64,000 nt of DNA from an uncultured Actinomycetes bacterium. GTDB taxonomy: Bacteria; Actinomycetota; Thermoleophilia; UBA2241. The position numbers and the translations under genes are program-made. Of the stretch, positions 36,819 through 47,512 are shown in pieces. A model generated the notes under the pieces. The model was given only the letters and a program-made list of their open reading frames with translations. It made no database searches and was not told where the DNA came from. Each line of letters begins with the position of its first letter. The first letter of the stretch is position 1. The stretch is from the NCBI GenBank assembly GCA_963709345.1, contig CAVPVX010000011.1, positions 18,391 to 82,390 on the forward strand, written 5' to 3'.

Positions 36819-38263
36819 GCAAGAGCCTGCCGCGCGCCGTCGCTCTCATCGACGGCGAACACTACCCACCGGTCGTGGCCGCCGCGCTGGCAGGCCTGGG
36901 CGACAGCTACGATGTCGTCGCCGGTCTCTTCGCCGGGGGGCGCGAGAAGCTGCGCGGCGGCGCGACCGCGGGCCCCGGGCTGCCCGCGCTCGCGGCGGAG
37001 GTCGGCCTGCCGAGACTCGACGTCGTCGAACTGCGGTCGGGTGCGGTGCACGAGGCGCTCGACGCGGTGCGCGCGGCCCTGCGCTCGGCGCGCGCCGCCG
37101 CGCTCGTGGATCTCAGCGACGAGCCGGTCGTCGGGTACCGCGAGCGCTTTCTCCTCATGAGCGCCGCGCTCGCCGAGGGCGCCCGGTACGTGGCCGCAGA
37201 CACCGAGGTGCGGCCGCAGGCCTTCGCGCGGCTGGAGGCTATGCCGTCCCTCGCCGTGATCGGCACGGGCAAGCGGGTCGGCAAGACCGCCGTGAGCGGC
37301 TGGCTGGCGCGGCGGCTCGACGCCGCTCGGCGGGCGGACGGCGGCCTCATCGTCGTTGCCATGGGCCGCGGCGGACCGCCGGAGCCGGAGGTGATCGCCG
37401 GCGGCGAGGGGCTTGGCTCCGCCGACCTGCTCGCCGCCTCACGCGCCGGCAGGCACGCGGCGAGCGACTGCTACGAGGACGCCGCGCTCGCCGGTGTCAT
37501 GGCGATCGGGTGCCGGCGGTGCGGCGGCGGGCTCGCCGGCGCGCCGTTCGACGACAACGTCCGCGTCGCGCTGCCGCTCGTGGAGTCGAGCGGCGCGGCG
37601 CTCGCCGTCATCGAGGGCAGCGGCGCGGTCGTGCCGCCGGTGGCCGCCGACGCGACACTCTGCGTGGCCGGCGCCGGCCAGCCGCCGGACTACGTGAGCG
37701 GCTATCTTGGGACGTACCGGCTGCTGCTCAGCGACGTCCTCGTCATCACCCAGTGCGAGCTGCCGTTCGCCGAGCCCGGCGACGTCGAGGCGCTGACCGC
37801 CGCGGCCCGAGCTGTGAACCCCCGGCTCGAGACGATCGCGACGGTGTTCCGGCCGCGGCCGGCGCAGTCCGTCCGCGGGCGCCGGGTGGCCTTCTTCACG
37901 ACGGCTCCCAGGGGCGCCGCGCCGACGCTCGAGCGGGCGCTCGCCGAAGAGCACGGAGCGGACGTCGTGCTGGTGTCATGCGACCTCGCCGACCGCGCGC
38001 GCCTCACGCTCGCCGTCGAGCGCGCCGCCGCGGAGGCGGAGGTGTTCCTCACCGAGATCAAGGCGGCGGCCGTCGACGTGGTCGCCGAGGCCGCTGCGAC
38101 GTTCGGGCGCGAACTCGTGTTCTGCGACAACGAGCCGGTCGCTCTCGCCGGAGAGCTGGGGCCGGCGGTCGACCGTCTCGCCGCGCTCGCCGCCGAGCGC
38201 TTCGCGGCGCGCCGCGCCGGGCAACCCGTGACCGGCGCGGCCCGGGACGCGCCGGGGCGCTGA
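36812..38263 (+). CDS. cyclic 2,3-diphosphoglycerate synthetase (cPGS) homolog; start codon unresolved
   Basis: ~480 aa in the 36545 ORF frame, with P-loop IGTGKRVGKTAVSG. Overlaps the 2PGK start (TGATG). No canonical start sits close behind GAGGAGGAAG. Confidence 0.7.
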   Translation, partial: AIGKSLPRAVALIDGEHYPPVVAAALAGLGDSYDVVAGLFAGGREKLRGGATAGPGLPALAAEVGLPRLDVVELRSGAVHEALDAVRAALRSARAAALVDLSDEPVVGYRERFLLMSAALAEGARYVAADTEVRPQAFARLEAMPSLAVIGTGKRVGKTAVSGWLARRLDAARRADGGLIVVAMGRGGPPEPEVIAGGEGLGSADLLAASRAGRHAASDCYEDAALAGVMAIGCRRCGGGLAGAPFDDNVRVALPLVESSGAALAVIEGSGAVVPPVAADATLCVAGAGQPPDYVSGYLGTYRLLLSDVLVITQCELPFAEPGDVEALTAAARAVNPRLETIATVFRPRPAQSVRGRRVAFFTTAPRGAAPTLERALAEEHGADVVLVSCDLADRARLTLAVERAAAEAEVFLTEIKAAAVDVVAEAAATFGRELVFCDNEPVALAGELGPAVDRLAALAAERFAARRAGQPVTGAARDAPGR

Positions 38264-39213
38264 TGGCGACCGACGACCGCGACACCCCGCTCGTCGACGA
38301 GGGGGCGTCCGCGCCGTTCAGCAAGGGTCTCATGGCGCAGACCCTGATGGCCACGGGCCTCGCCCCGGAGCGGGCCTACAACGTGGCCGCCGCCGTGGAG
38401 CGGCGTCTGCAGCGCTGCGGCCCGGCGGCGCTCACCCTCGGCGACCTGCGCGAGATCGCGCTCGAGCAGCTCGGGCCGGCCGAGGGCGACGTCCTCATCG
38501 AGCGCTTTCGCCAGTGGCAGAAGCTCCGCCGTCTGGAGACTCCCCTGATCGTGCTCATCGGCGGCGCAACCGGCGTCGGCAAGAGCACGCTGGCGACCCA
38601 GCTGGCTCACCGGCTCGGCATCACCCGCGTGATCAGCACGGACATGGTCCGCCAGACGATGCGCGCCTTCTTCGCCCCGGAGCTGATGCCGGCCATCCAC
38701 ACGTCGTCGTTCGACGCCGCGTCGGCCGTGCGCGTGCCCGTGCCGCGTGAGACCGACCTCAGCAAGATGGGGTTCATCGAGCAGACGAAGGCAGTGTCCG
38801 TCGGCATCGAAGCGCTCATCGCTCGCGGAATCGACGAGGCGCAGCGCCTCGTGGTGGAGGGCGTGCACGTTGTCCCCGGGTACCTTGACCGCTCGCGCTG
38901 GGGCGAGGCCATCGTCCTCGAGTTGGTGCTCGCCGTCGGCGACAAGGACCGCCACCGCGGCAACTTCACCGTGCGCGAGTGGGAGACGGGGGGCATCCGC
39001 CCGTTGCGGCGTTACATCGAGCACTTCGCCGACATCCGCCGGATCCAGAAGTACATCGTCGGCCGGGCCCGGGCGCTCGGCGTCCCGGTCGTCGACGGGC
39101 CGAGTCTCGACGCCAACCTCAACGAAGTGCTGGGGACGATCCTGCGGCGCGTGGAGGAAGAGGGGGCCGACTCCGACGCCGGGCCGCCGCCCCTGTGGGA
39201 TCCTCGGGCTTGA
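38263..39213 (+). CDS. 2-phosphoglycerate kinase
   Basis: P-loop LIGGATGVGKSTLATQLAHRLGI and 2PGK-family sequence throughout. Tail of the 37510 ORF. Confidence 0.8.
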   Translation: MATDDRDTPLVDEGASAPFSKGLMAQTLMATGLAPERAYNVAAAVERRLQRCGPAALTLGDLREIALEQLGPAEGDVLIERFRQWQKLRRLETPLIVLIGGATGVGKSTLATQLAHRLGITRVISTDMVRQTMRAFFAPELMPAIHTSSFDAASAVRVPVPRETDLSKMGFIEQTKAVSVGIEALIARGIDEAQRLVVEGVHVVPGYLDRSRWGEAIVLELVLAVGDKDRHRGNFTVREWETGGIRPLRRYIEHFADIRRIQKYIVGRARALGVPVVDGPSLDANLNEVLGTILRRVEEEGADSDAGPPPLWDPRA

Positions 39214-39568
39214 GCCGCGGTGCGACCGCCGCGCCCGGCGGCTTCAGTTCCTGAGCGCCCGTCCGATACACTGAGTGCCCCCTTCCGGTCGCGTCGTCGC
39301 ACGAGTGCTCTCGCGTCGTGCGTGGCGCAGGGGGTTCCGATCGAGACCCGTGACCCCGCGGGGCGCCTCCGACGCCGGGCCGGGTCCACGCCGTCGGTGG
39401 CGACGGCCCACGAGAGTACTGGGAATCTCTTGCGCGGTATGACATACTCTGGGACGGAGCCCGCACGGACTCCGCCTTCCATCGCACCATCCACCTCTAC
39501 TCGTATGGCATCTCTCCAGCGCCGTGGCGCACAGCCATGCTGGGCGACGCCGGGAGTCACGGGAGCCC

Positions 39569-41161
<1,593 letters not shown>

Positions 41162-41398
41162 TCACCGTCGGCGGGGCGCTGCGCGACGACCACCGTCGCG
41201 GCGTTCGTCGGGTCCGCGCCGCGCCGGTCATGCCGGGACGGCGCCCGCCCACGTGAGGTCCCGGTCCGGCGCGAGCGCCACGCGCGGCCGCGGGGGGCGA
41301 TTCGAAGGCGTGGGGCGGTTCGTGCTATCATGCCGCTTCGGCCCCCGTGCGGGCCACGCCTGCCACCACCGGGTTTTCTCACGAAGGGATCCGTGAAG

Positions 41399-41728
41399 AT
41401 GAAGAACGATATCCATCCGCAGTACGAAGAGGCGACCGTGCGCTGCAGCTGCGGCAACACGTTCACGACGCGCAGCACCAAGAAGGAGTTGCACGTAGAG
41501 CTCTGCTCGCAGTGTCACCCGTTCTACACCGGGAAGCAGAAGCTGGTCGACTCCGGCGGTCGCGTCGACCGTTTCAAGCGCCGTCTCGAGAAGAGAGCCG
41601 AGCCCGTCGAGCCGAAGGCCGCCAAGAAGGCGCCCAAGGCCGCCAAGGTCGAGGCGGTCAAGGCCGAGCCCGTCGAGGCTGCGGCCTCCGAAGCCGCGCC
41701 CGTCGAGGCTGACGCCGCCAAGGCCTGA
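41399..41728 (+). CDS. rpmE: 50S ribosomal protein L31 with a Lys/Ala-rich C-terminal extension
   Basis: [27 protein letters not shown] ... [13 protein letters not shown] (zinc-ribbon CxxC pair), then [25 protein letters not shown] after GAAGGGA. Confidence 0.85.
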   Translation: MKNDIHPQYEEATVRCSCGNTFTTRSTKKELHVELCSQCHPFYTGKQKLVDSGGRVDRFKRRLEKRAEPVEPKAAKKAPKAAKVEAVKAEPVEAAASEAAPVEADAAKA

Positions 41729-41740
41729 CGAGGGCGTGCG

Positions 41741-42475
41741 ATGAGCGCCACGCTCCGCGTCACTCTCCTGCAGCACACGCCCGACCCGGATCGCGCCGTC
41801 GCGATCGCGGGTCGGTTGTGCTATGCACCCGTGTCCGCCGCCGATCTCAAGCAGGAGATGAGCGGCGACGACGTGGCCAAGCTGGTCCGCATACTCGTGC
41901 GCAGCGGCCACCACTCGGCGCTTGAGCACGCCGGCTTCAGCTTTGCCGTGGACGGCGTCAGTCGAGCCTGCACGCACCAACTCGTCCGGCACCGCGTCGC
42001 CAGCTACAACCAGCAGTCGCAGCGGTACGTCAGCTTCGGGTCGGCCGACAGCTTCGTCGTGCCGCCCAGCGTCGCCGCGGTCCCCGAGGCGGCGGCCGTG
42101 TTCGCCAAGGCCATGGACGACGCGCGCGTCGCCTACGACAAGCTCGTCGAGCTGGGGCTCGCTGAGGGCCGTACCCGTGAGAGCGTCCAGGAGGACGCCC
42201 GCTTCGTGCTCCCGAACGCCGCCGAGACGAAGATCGTCGTCACCATGAACGCGCGCGAGTTGCGCCACTTCTTCCAGGTGCGCTGCTGCAATCGCGCCCA
42301 GTGGGAGATCCGCGACCTCGCCTGGCAGATGCGGGACATGGTCAAGGAGTTGGCCCCGAAGCTGTTCGAGGGCAGCGGCCCCGGGTGTCTGTACGGGGAC
42401 TGCCCCGAGGGCAAGATGACCTGCGGCAGGCCGTACCGGCCGGAGGACGTCGACGGACCGGCCGCGTCGCGGTGA
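41741..42475 (+). CDS. thyX: flavin-dependent thymidylate synthase
   Basis: ThyX motif RHRVASYNQQSQRY. Confidence 0.9.
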   Translation: MSATLRVTLLQHTPDPDRAVAIAGRLCYAPVSAADLKQEMSGDDVAKLVRILVRSGHHSALEHAGFSFAVDGVSRACTHQLVRHRVASYNQQSQRYVSFGSADSFVVPPSVAAVPEAAAVFAKAMDDARVAYDKLVELGLAEGRTRESVQEDARFVLPNAAETKIVVTMNARELRHFFQVRCCNRAQWEIRDLAWQMRDMVKELAPKLFEGSGPGCLYGDCPEGKMTCGRPYRPEDVDGPAASR

Positions 42476-42509
42476 GCGCGAGCTTCCCGGTCCCGCTGAG
42501 GACGCCGCG

Positions 42510-43463
42510 ATGATCGCGCGCCTCCTTCTCGTAGCCCTGGCGTTTCCCGCGCTGGCCGCGAAGCGCGCTCAGATCGGCGGCCAGGCCGTCATCGAGGGCG
42601 TGATGATGCGCGGCGTCGACAACTGGTCGCTCGCCGTGCGCCGCCCCGACGACAGCATCGGCCTGCATCACTGGCCGCTCGAGAGCTGGATGAAGCGGTA
42701 CCCTGCGCTCAAACTCCCCGTTCTGCGCGGGGTCGTCGCCCTGGTGGAGTCGCTGGCGATCGGCGTGCGCGCCCTCACGATCTCGGCCAACGAGTCGCTC
42801 GGCGAGGAGGAGAAGGAGCTCAGCAAGAGGGAGATCGGCGTCACGCTGATCATCGCCTTCGGTTTCGCCATCGGCCTCTTCTTCATCGCGCCGCTCTTCC
42901 TCACGGGGCTGCTGCGCGCGCAGCTCGGCGACGGCTTCACCTTCTGGCTCGTCGAGGGCTTCGTACGCGTCGGCATCTTCATCGTCTACCTCGCCATCGT
43001 CACGCAGATCAAGGATCTGCGCCGCGTCTTCGAGTACCACGGCGCGGAGCACATGAGCATCCATGCGCTGGAGCACGGCGAGGAGCTCTCCGTCGCCAAC
43101 GTCGAGAAGTACAAGACCCTGCACCTCCGCTGCGGCACGTCGTTCCTGCTCATCGTCCTCGTCGTCTCGATCTTCGTCTTCGCGATCGTCGGCCGTCCGG
43201 ACTGGTACCTGCTGGTCCTCAGCCGGGTCGTGCTCATCCCGCTGATCGCCGGGATCAGCTACGAGATCATCCGCTTCGCCGGCCGCCGCGAGGACAACCG
43301 CGTGGTCCGCGTGATCATGGCCCCGGGCCTGGCGCTGCAATGGATGACCACCAAGCAGCCGGACAGTGCCCAGGTCGAAGTCGCGATAGCCGCGCTCGAG
43401 AAGATCATCGAGCTCGAGCCCCAGGACCGCCCGCCGGTCAAGGGCGTGGAGGTCATGGCGTAA
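42510..43463 (+). CDS. DUF1385 (YqhQ-like) membrane protein
   Basis: GGQAVIEGVMMRG N-terminus and multiple TM helices. Typical neighbour of prfA/prmC. Confidence 0.8.
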   Translation: MIARLLLVALAFPALAAKRAQIGGQAVIEGVMMRGVDNWSLAVRRPDDSIGLHHWPLESWMKRYPALKLPVLRGVVALVESLAIGVRALTISANESLGEEEKELSKREIGVTLIIAFGFAIGLFFIAPLFLTGLLRAQLGDGFTFWLVEGFVRVGIFIVYLAIVTQIKDLRRVFEYHGAEHMSIHALEHGEELSVANVEKYKTLHLRCGTSFLLIVLVVSIFVFAIVGRPDWYLLVLSRVVLIPLIAGISYEIIRFAGRREDNRVVRVIMAPGLALQWMTTKQPDSAQVEVAIAALEKIIELEPQDRPPVKGVEVMA

Positions 43464-43472
43464 GCTGGGTCC

Positions 43473-44558
43473 ATGGCCGCCATCGACGACCTCATCACCG
43501 AGATCGAACGCTCCTACGAGGAGCTCAACACCCATCTCGCCGACCCTGCGGTGATCGGCGACCGCGGGCGCTACGCCGACGTCGCCCGCGCACATGCCGA
43601 GCTGCAACCGGTCCACGAGCTCACCGTGACGTATCGGGATGTCGAGCGCACGGTCGCCGACGCCGAGGTCCTGCTCGGCGACGACTCGTCCGACGCCGAG
43701 ATGCGCGAATTCGCTCAGGAGGAGCTTCTCGAGGGGCGCCGCCGGATCGACGAGCTCAGCGAGGAGATCCGCGTGCGCATGCTCACGCGCGACCCCAACG
43801 ACGCCAAGGACGTGATCATCGAGATCCGCGCCGGCACCGGTGGTATCGAGGCGTGCATCTTCGCCGGCGAGCTGGCGCGCATGTACACGCGGTACGCCCA
43901 GGCCAAGAGCTTCGAGGTCGAGATCATGTCGGCCGACGAGAACGACGACGGCGGCTTCAAAGACGTGACGCTCGAGGTCAAGGGCCAGGGCGCCTACTCC
44001 GCGCTCAAGTACGAGGGCGGCGTCCACCGCGTGCAGCGCGTGCCGGTGACCGAGGCCGCCGGGCGCATCCACACCTCGACCGCGACCGTGGCTGTGCTGC
44101 CCGAGGCCAAGGACATCGAGGTCGACATCCAGCCGAACGACCTGCGCATCGAGATCTTTCGCGCCCGCGGGCCCGGCGGTCAGAGCGTCAACACGACCGA
44201 CTCGGCGGTGCGCATCACGCACGTGCCCAGCGGCGTGTCGGTGAGCTGCCAGGACGAGAAGAGCCAGCTGCAGAACAAGGACAAGGCGATGCGGATCCTG
44301 CGCGCCCGGCTCTTCGATCTGGAGCAGGCCCGGCAGGACGAGGAGCGCGGTGCGGCGCGGCGCAGCATGGTCGGCAGCGGCGACCGCTCGCAGAAGATCC
44401 GCACCTACAACTTCCAGCAGAACCGGGTCAGCGACCACCGCATCGGGCTCACCAGCCACCGCATCGCCGAGGTGATGGAGGGCGACCTCGACGAGTTCAC
44501 CGAGGCGCTCGCCGCCGAGGACCGGCGCAAGCAGCTGGCGGCGGCCGGCGGCGGCTGA
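43473..44558 (+). CDS. prfA: peptide chain release factor 1
   Basis: PVT tripeptide (RVQRVPVTE) and GGQ (RGPGGQSVN). Confidence 0.9.
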   Translation: MAAIDDLITEIERSYEELNTHLADPAVIGDRGRYADVARAHAELQPVHELTVTYRDVERTVADAEVLLGDDSSDAEMREFAQEELLEGRRRIDELSEEIRVRMLTRDPNDAKDVIIEIRAGTGGIEACIFAGELARMYTRYAQAKSFEVEIMSADENDDGGFKDVTLEVKGQGAYSALKYEGGVHRVQRVPVTEAAGRIHTSTATVAVLPEAKDIEVDIQPNDLRIEIFRARGPGGQSVNTTDSAVRITHVPSGVSVSCQDEKSQLQNKDKAMRILRARLFDLEQARQDEERGAARRSMVGSGDRSQKIRTYNFQQNRVSDHRIGLTSHRIAEVMEGDLDEFTEALAAEDRRKQLAAAGGG

Positions 44559-44559
44559 A

Positions 44560-45470
44560 CGTGAGCGAGCCGCGGAGCGTGGGTGACGCTCTCCGCGCGG
44601 CCGCGCGGCGGCTGCGCGCGAGCGGTTCGCGTTCGCCGCGCCTCGACGCCGAGCTCCTGCTTGCCGCGGCGATCGGCGTGTCCCGCTCGGAGCTGTTCCG
44701 CAGGCCGGAGCGTCTGCTGACCACGGCCGAAGCGGAGCGCTTCGAGGTGTGCCTGCGACGCCGCGAGGCGTTCGAACCGGTCGCGTACATCCGCGGCGTG
44801 CGCGCTTTTCGCGCCGTCGAGCTCGAGGTCACGCCCGACGTGCTGATCCCGCGCCCCGAGACAGAGACGCTCGTGGAGGTAGCGCTCGAGGTGCTCGCGG
44901 AGGAGCCGGCGGCACGTGACGACCTCGTCGTCCTGCCCGAGCCTCGCGTCCTGGACGTCGGCACGGGCTCCGGCTGTGTCGCTCTGGCGCTGGCCGCCGA
45001 GAACCCCTTCGTCCACGTCGACGCCGGCGACGTCAGCGAGGCGGCTCTCGCGGTGGCGCGGCGCAATGCCGAGCGCCTCGGCCTCGAGCGCCGCGTCGAC
45101 TTCCTGCCGTCTGACCTGTTCGCCGGCCTGCCGGAGGGACGGCGCTACGACCTCATCGTCAGCAACCCGCCGTACATCGCCGAGGCCGAGTACGCGGAGC
45201 TCGAGCCGAACGTCCGTGACTACGAGCCGCGGCTCGCGCTCGTCGCCGGCGCAGACGGGCTTGACGTCTACCGGCGACTGGTCGCGCAGGCCGCCGGGTG
45301 GCTGCGCCGCGGCGGCACGCTCGCCGTCGAGGTCGGGATCGGCCAGGCTGCCGCCGTGCGGGAGTTCCTGACGGCGGCCGGCTCGGTACGGACCCGCCCG
45401 CGAACGGACCGACCTGAGCGGCGTGCCCCGGGTCGTCTGGGCGCGCCGGCGCGACGGCGGCGGATTCTGA
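44560..45470 (+). CDS. prmC: release-factor glutamine N5-methyltransferase PrmC/HemK, with an apparent single-base frameshift near 45380-45400
   Basis: NPPY motif and a SAM-MTase fold. The C-terminal ERTDLSGVPRVVWARRRDGGGF* is only in the +1 frame, whose TGA overlaps the recO ATG. Confidence 0.8.
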
Positions 45471-46210
45471 TGGCGCGGGTCGAGAAGGCCCGGGCCGTCG
45501 TGTTGAGCTCGCGTCCGCTGGGAGAGGCCGACCGCATCGTACGCCTCTTCACGCGCGAGCTCGGGCGGGTCGACGCCGTCGTCAAGGGCGTGCGCAAGAC
45601 GACGTCGCGCTGGGGTGGCCGCCTCGAGCCCTTCAACGTGTGCGACCTGCTGCTGCACCCGGGCCGGTCGCTGTACACGGTCACGCAAGCCCAGCTCGTC
45701 GACGTCTTCTCGCGTCTGCGCGACGATCGCGAGGCGCTGACGGCGGCGGCGGTGGTCTGCGAGGCCGCCGCCGGTCTCACTCCGGAGCACGAACCCGAGG
45801 AGCGCGTGTTCGCACTGCTGCGCAACACGTTGCGGGAGCTCGACCGCGGCCTGTGCGGCCCGGCCACCCAGGCGCCTCTCGTGCTCGGCGCGCTGCTCAA
45901 GCTGCTGTACGAGGCCGGCTACCTGCCCGTGCTGGACCAGTGCGCCGCCTGCGGCGCCGGGGACAGAGCGCTTGGCTTCTCCTCCGCCAGGGGAGGGCTC
46001 GTGTGCGGCCGGTGCCTCGGCGACGCTCTGCCGATCACCCCGGAGGCCGTCGCCGTCCTTCGCTCGGCCGTCGGGGGGTCGCTCGCCGAGCTGCGCGCGG
46101 AGCCTCCGTCGGAGGCCGCCGCCGAGGCTCTGCGCGATGTGCACGCCCTCTACGCGTACCACACGGGCTCGCAGCTGCGGGCGCTGCGTTTCGCGGGCAG
46201 AGCCGGCTGA
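45470..46210 (+). CDS. recO: DNA repair protein RecO
   Basis: ARVEKARAVVLSSRPLGEADRIVRLFTRELGRV N-terminus. CxxC ... CxxC zinc motif (CAACG ... CGRC). Confidence 0.8.
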   Translation: MARVEKARAVVLSSRPLGEADRIVRLFTRELGRVDAVVKGVRKTTSRWGGRLEPFNVCDLLLHPGRSLYTVTQAQLVDVFSRLRDDREALTAAAVVCEAAAGLTPEHEPEERVFALLRNTLRELDRGLCGPATQAPLVLGALLKLLYEAGYLPVLDQCAACGAGDRALGFSSARGGLVCGRCLGDALPITPEAVAVLRSAVGGSLAELRAEPPSEAAAEALRDVHALYAYHTGSQLRALRFAGRAG

Positions 46211-46525
46211 GAGGCGGCTGCCCGTCACGCCGCCGCCGCCCATGAGCGGCTCGAGAGGCGCGAGTGAGCCGCCGGCGAACGGGTGCGGTGCTCGCGTCGC
46301 CGTCGCGTTCGTCCCGTCAACGCTCGCGTCGCCGTCGCACGCGCACCCTCACGCCCCAACCGCCTTCCGACGGGTGGTGACCCGGAGTGTACCCACTGCA
46401 GACAACGGGTCCATGGAACATCCGTCGTCACCGGCGCGCGCCCCGCTCCGGCGTCCGCGCGGCGGCCGCCGTTGTCGCGCCGGCGCTCACCCTGCTAGAA
46501 TCGGCGCTCCGACTCGAAAGGACAC

Positions 46526-47512
46526 GTGACCGACCACGCCCCGGGTGCAGCCGTCTCACGCGAGCTCCCCACGTTCCAGCAGATCATCGCCCGCTTGCAG
46601 GCCTTCTGGGAACAGCAAGGTTGTGTCGTCGTCCAGCCGTACCACACCGAGGTCGGCGCCGGTACTTTCAACCCCGCCACCTTCCTGCGCTGCCTCGACG
46701 CGCGACCCTGGCGGGCCGCCTACGTGGAGCCTTCCATGCGCCCGACCGACGGGCGCTATGGCGAGAACCCGTACCGCCTCGGCCACTACTACCAGTACCA
46801 GGTGGTCATCAAGCCGTCGCCGCCGGACATCCAGGACGTGTACCTGCGCTCGCTCGAGGCTCTCGGCATCGTCCTCGCCGAACACGACGTGCGCTTCGTC
46901 GAGGACAACTGGGAGGGCCCCACGCTCGGCGCGTGGGGCCAGGGCTGGGAGGTATGGGTCGACGGTATGGAGGCCACGCAGTTCACGTACTTCCAGCAGC
47001 TCGGCGGCTTCGACCTGGATCCGATCACGATCGAGATCACCTACGGTCTTGAACGGCTCGCCATGTATCTGCAGGGCGTCGACAGCGTGTACGACCTCGT
47101 GTGGTCGCGCTGGGACGAGGGCGGGGAAGAGGTCACCGTCACCTACGGCGACGTCTATCGCGAGAACGAGCGGCAGTTCAGCCGCTACAACTTCGAGGTC
47201 GCCGACACCGAGATGCTCTACCGGCACTTCCGCGAGCACGAGGCCGAGGCGCTGCGGTGTATCGAGGCGCGCCTGCCGATCCCGGCGTACGACCACGTGC
47301 TCAAGTGCAGCCACGCCTTCAACATGCTCGACGCCCGCGGCGTCATCAGCGTGACCGACCGCACGATGCACATCGGCCGCGTGCGCGACCTTGCGCGCAA
47401 GGTGGCCGGGCTGTACCTCGAGGTCGTCGCCGACGGTCGCGAGGCTGCGGACGATGCGGCGGCGGAGGCCGGCGGCGAAGCCGCTCCGGCCGGCGGCAGG
47501 GCGGACGCTTGA
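46526..47512 (+). CDS. glyQ: glycine--tRNA ligase alpha subunit
   Basis: [17 protein letters not shown] ... highly conserved GlyQ. GTG after GAAAGGA. Confidence 0.9.
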   Translation: MTDHAPGAAVSRELPTFQQIIARLQAFWEQQGCVVVQPYHTEVGAGTFNPATFLRCLDARPWRAAYVEPSMRPTDGRYGENPYRLGHYYQYQVVIKPSPPDIQDVYLRSLEALGIVLAEHDVRFVEDNWEGPTLGAWGQGWEVWVDGMEATQFTYFQQLGGFDLDPITIEITYGLERLAMYLQGVDSVYDLVWSRWDEGGEEVTVTYGDVYRENERQFSRYNFEVADTEMLYRHFREHEAEALRCIEARLPIPAYDHVLKCSHAFNMLDARGVISVTDRTMHIGRVRDLARKVAGLYLEVVADGREAADDAAAEAGGEAAPAGGRADA

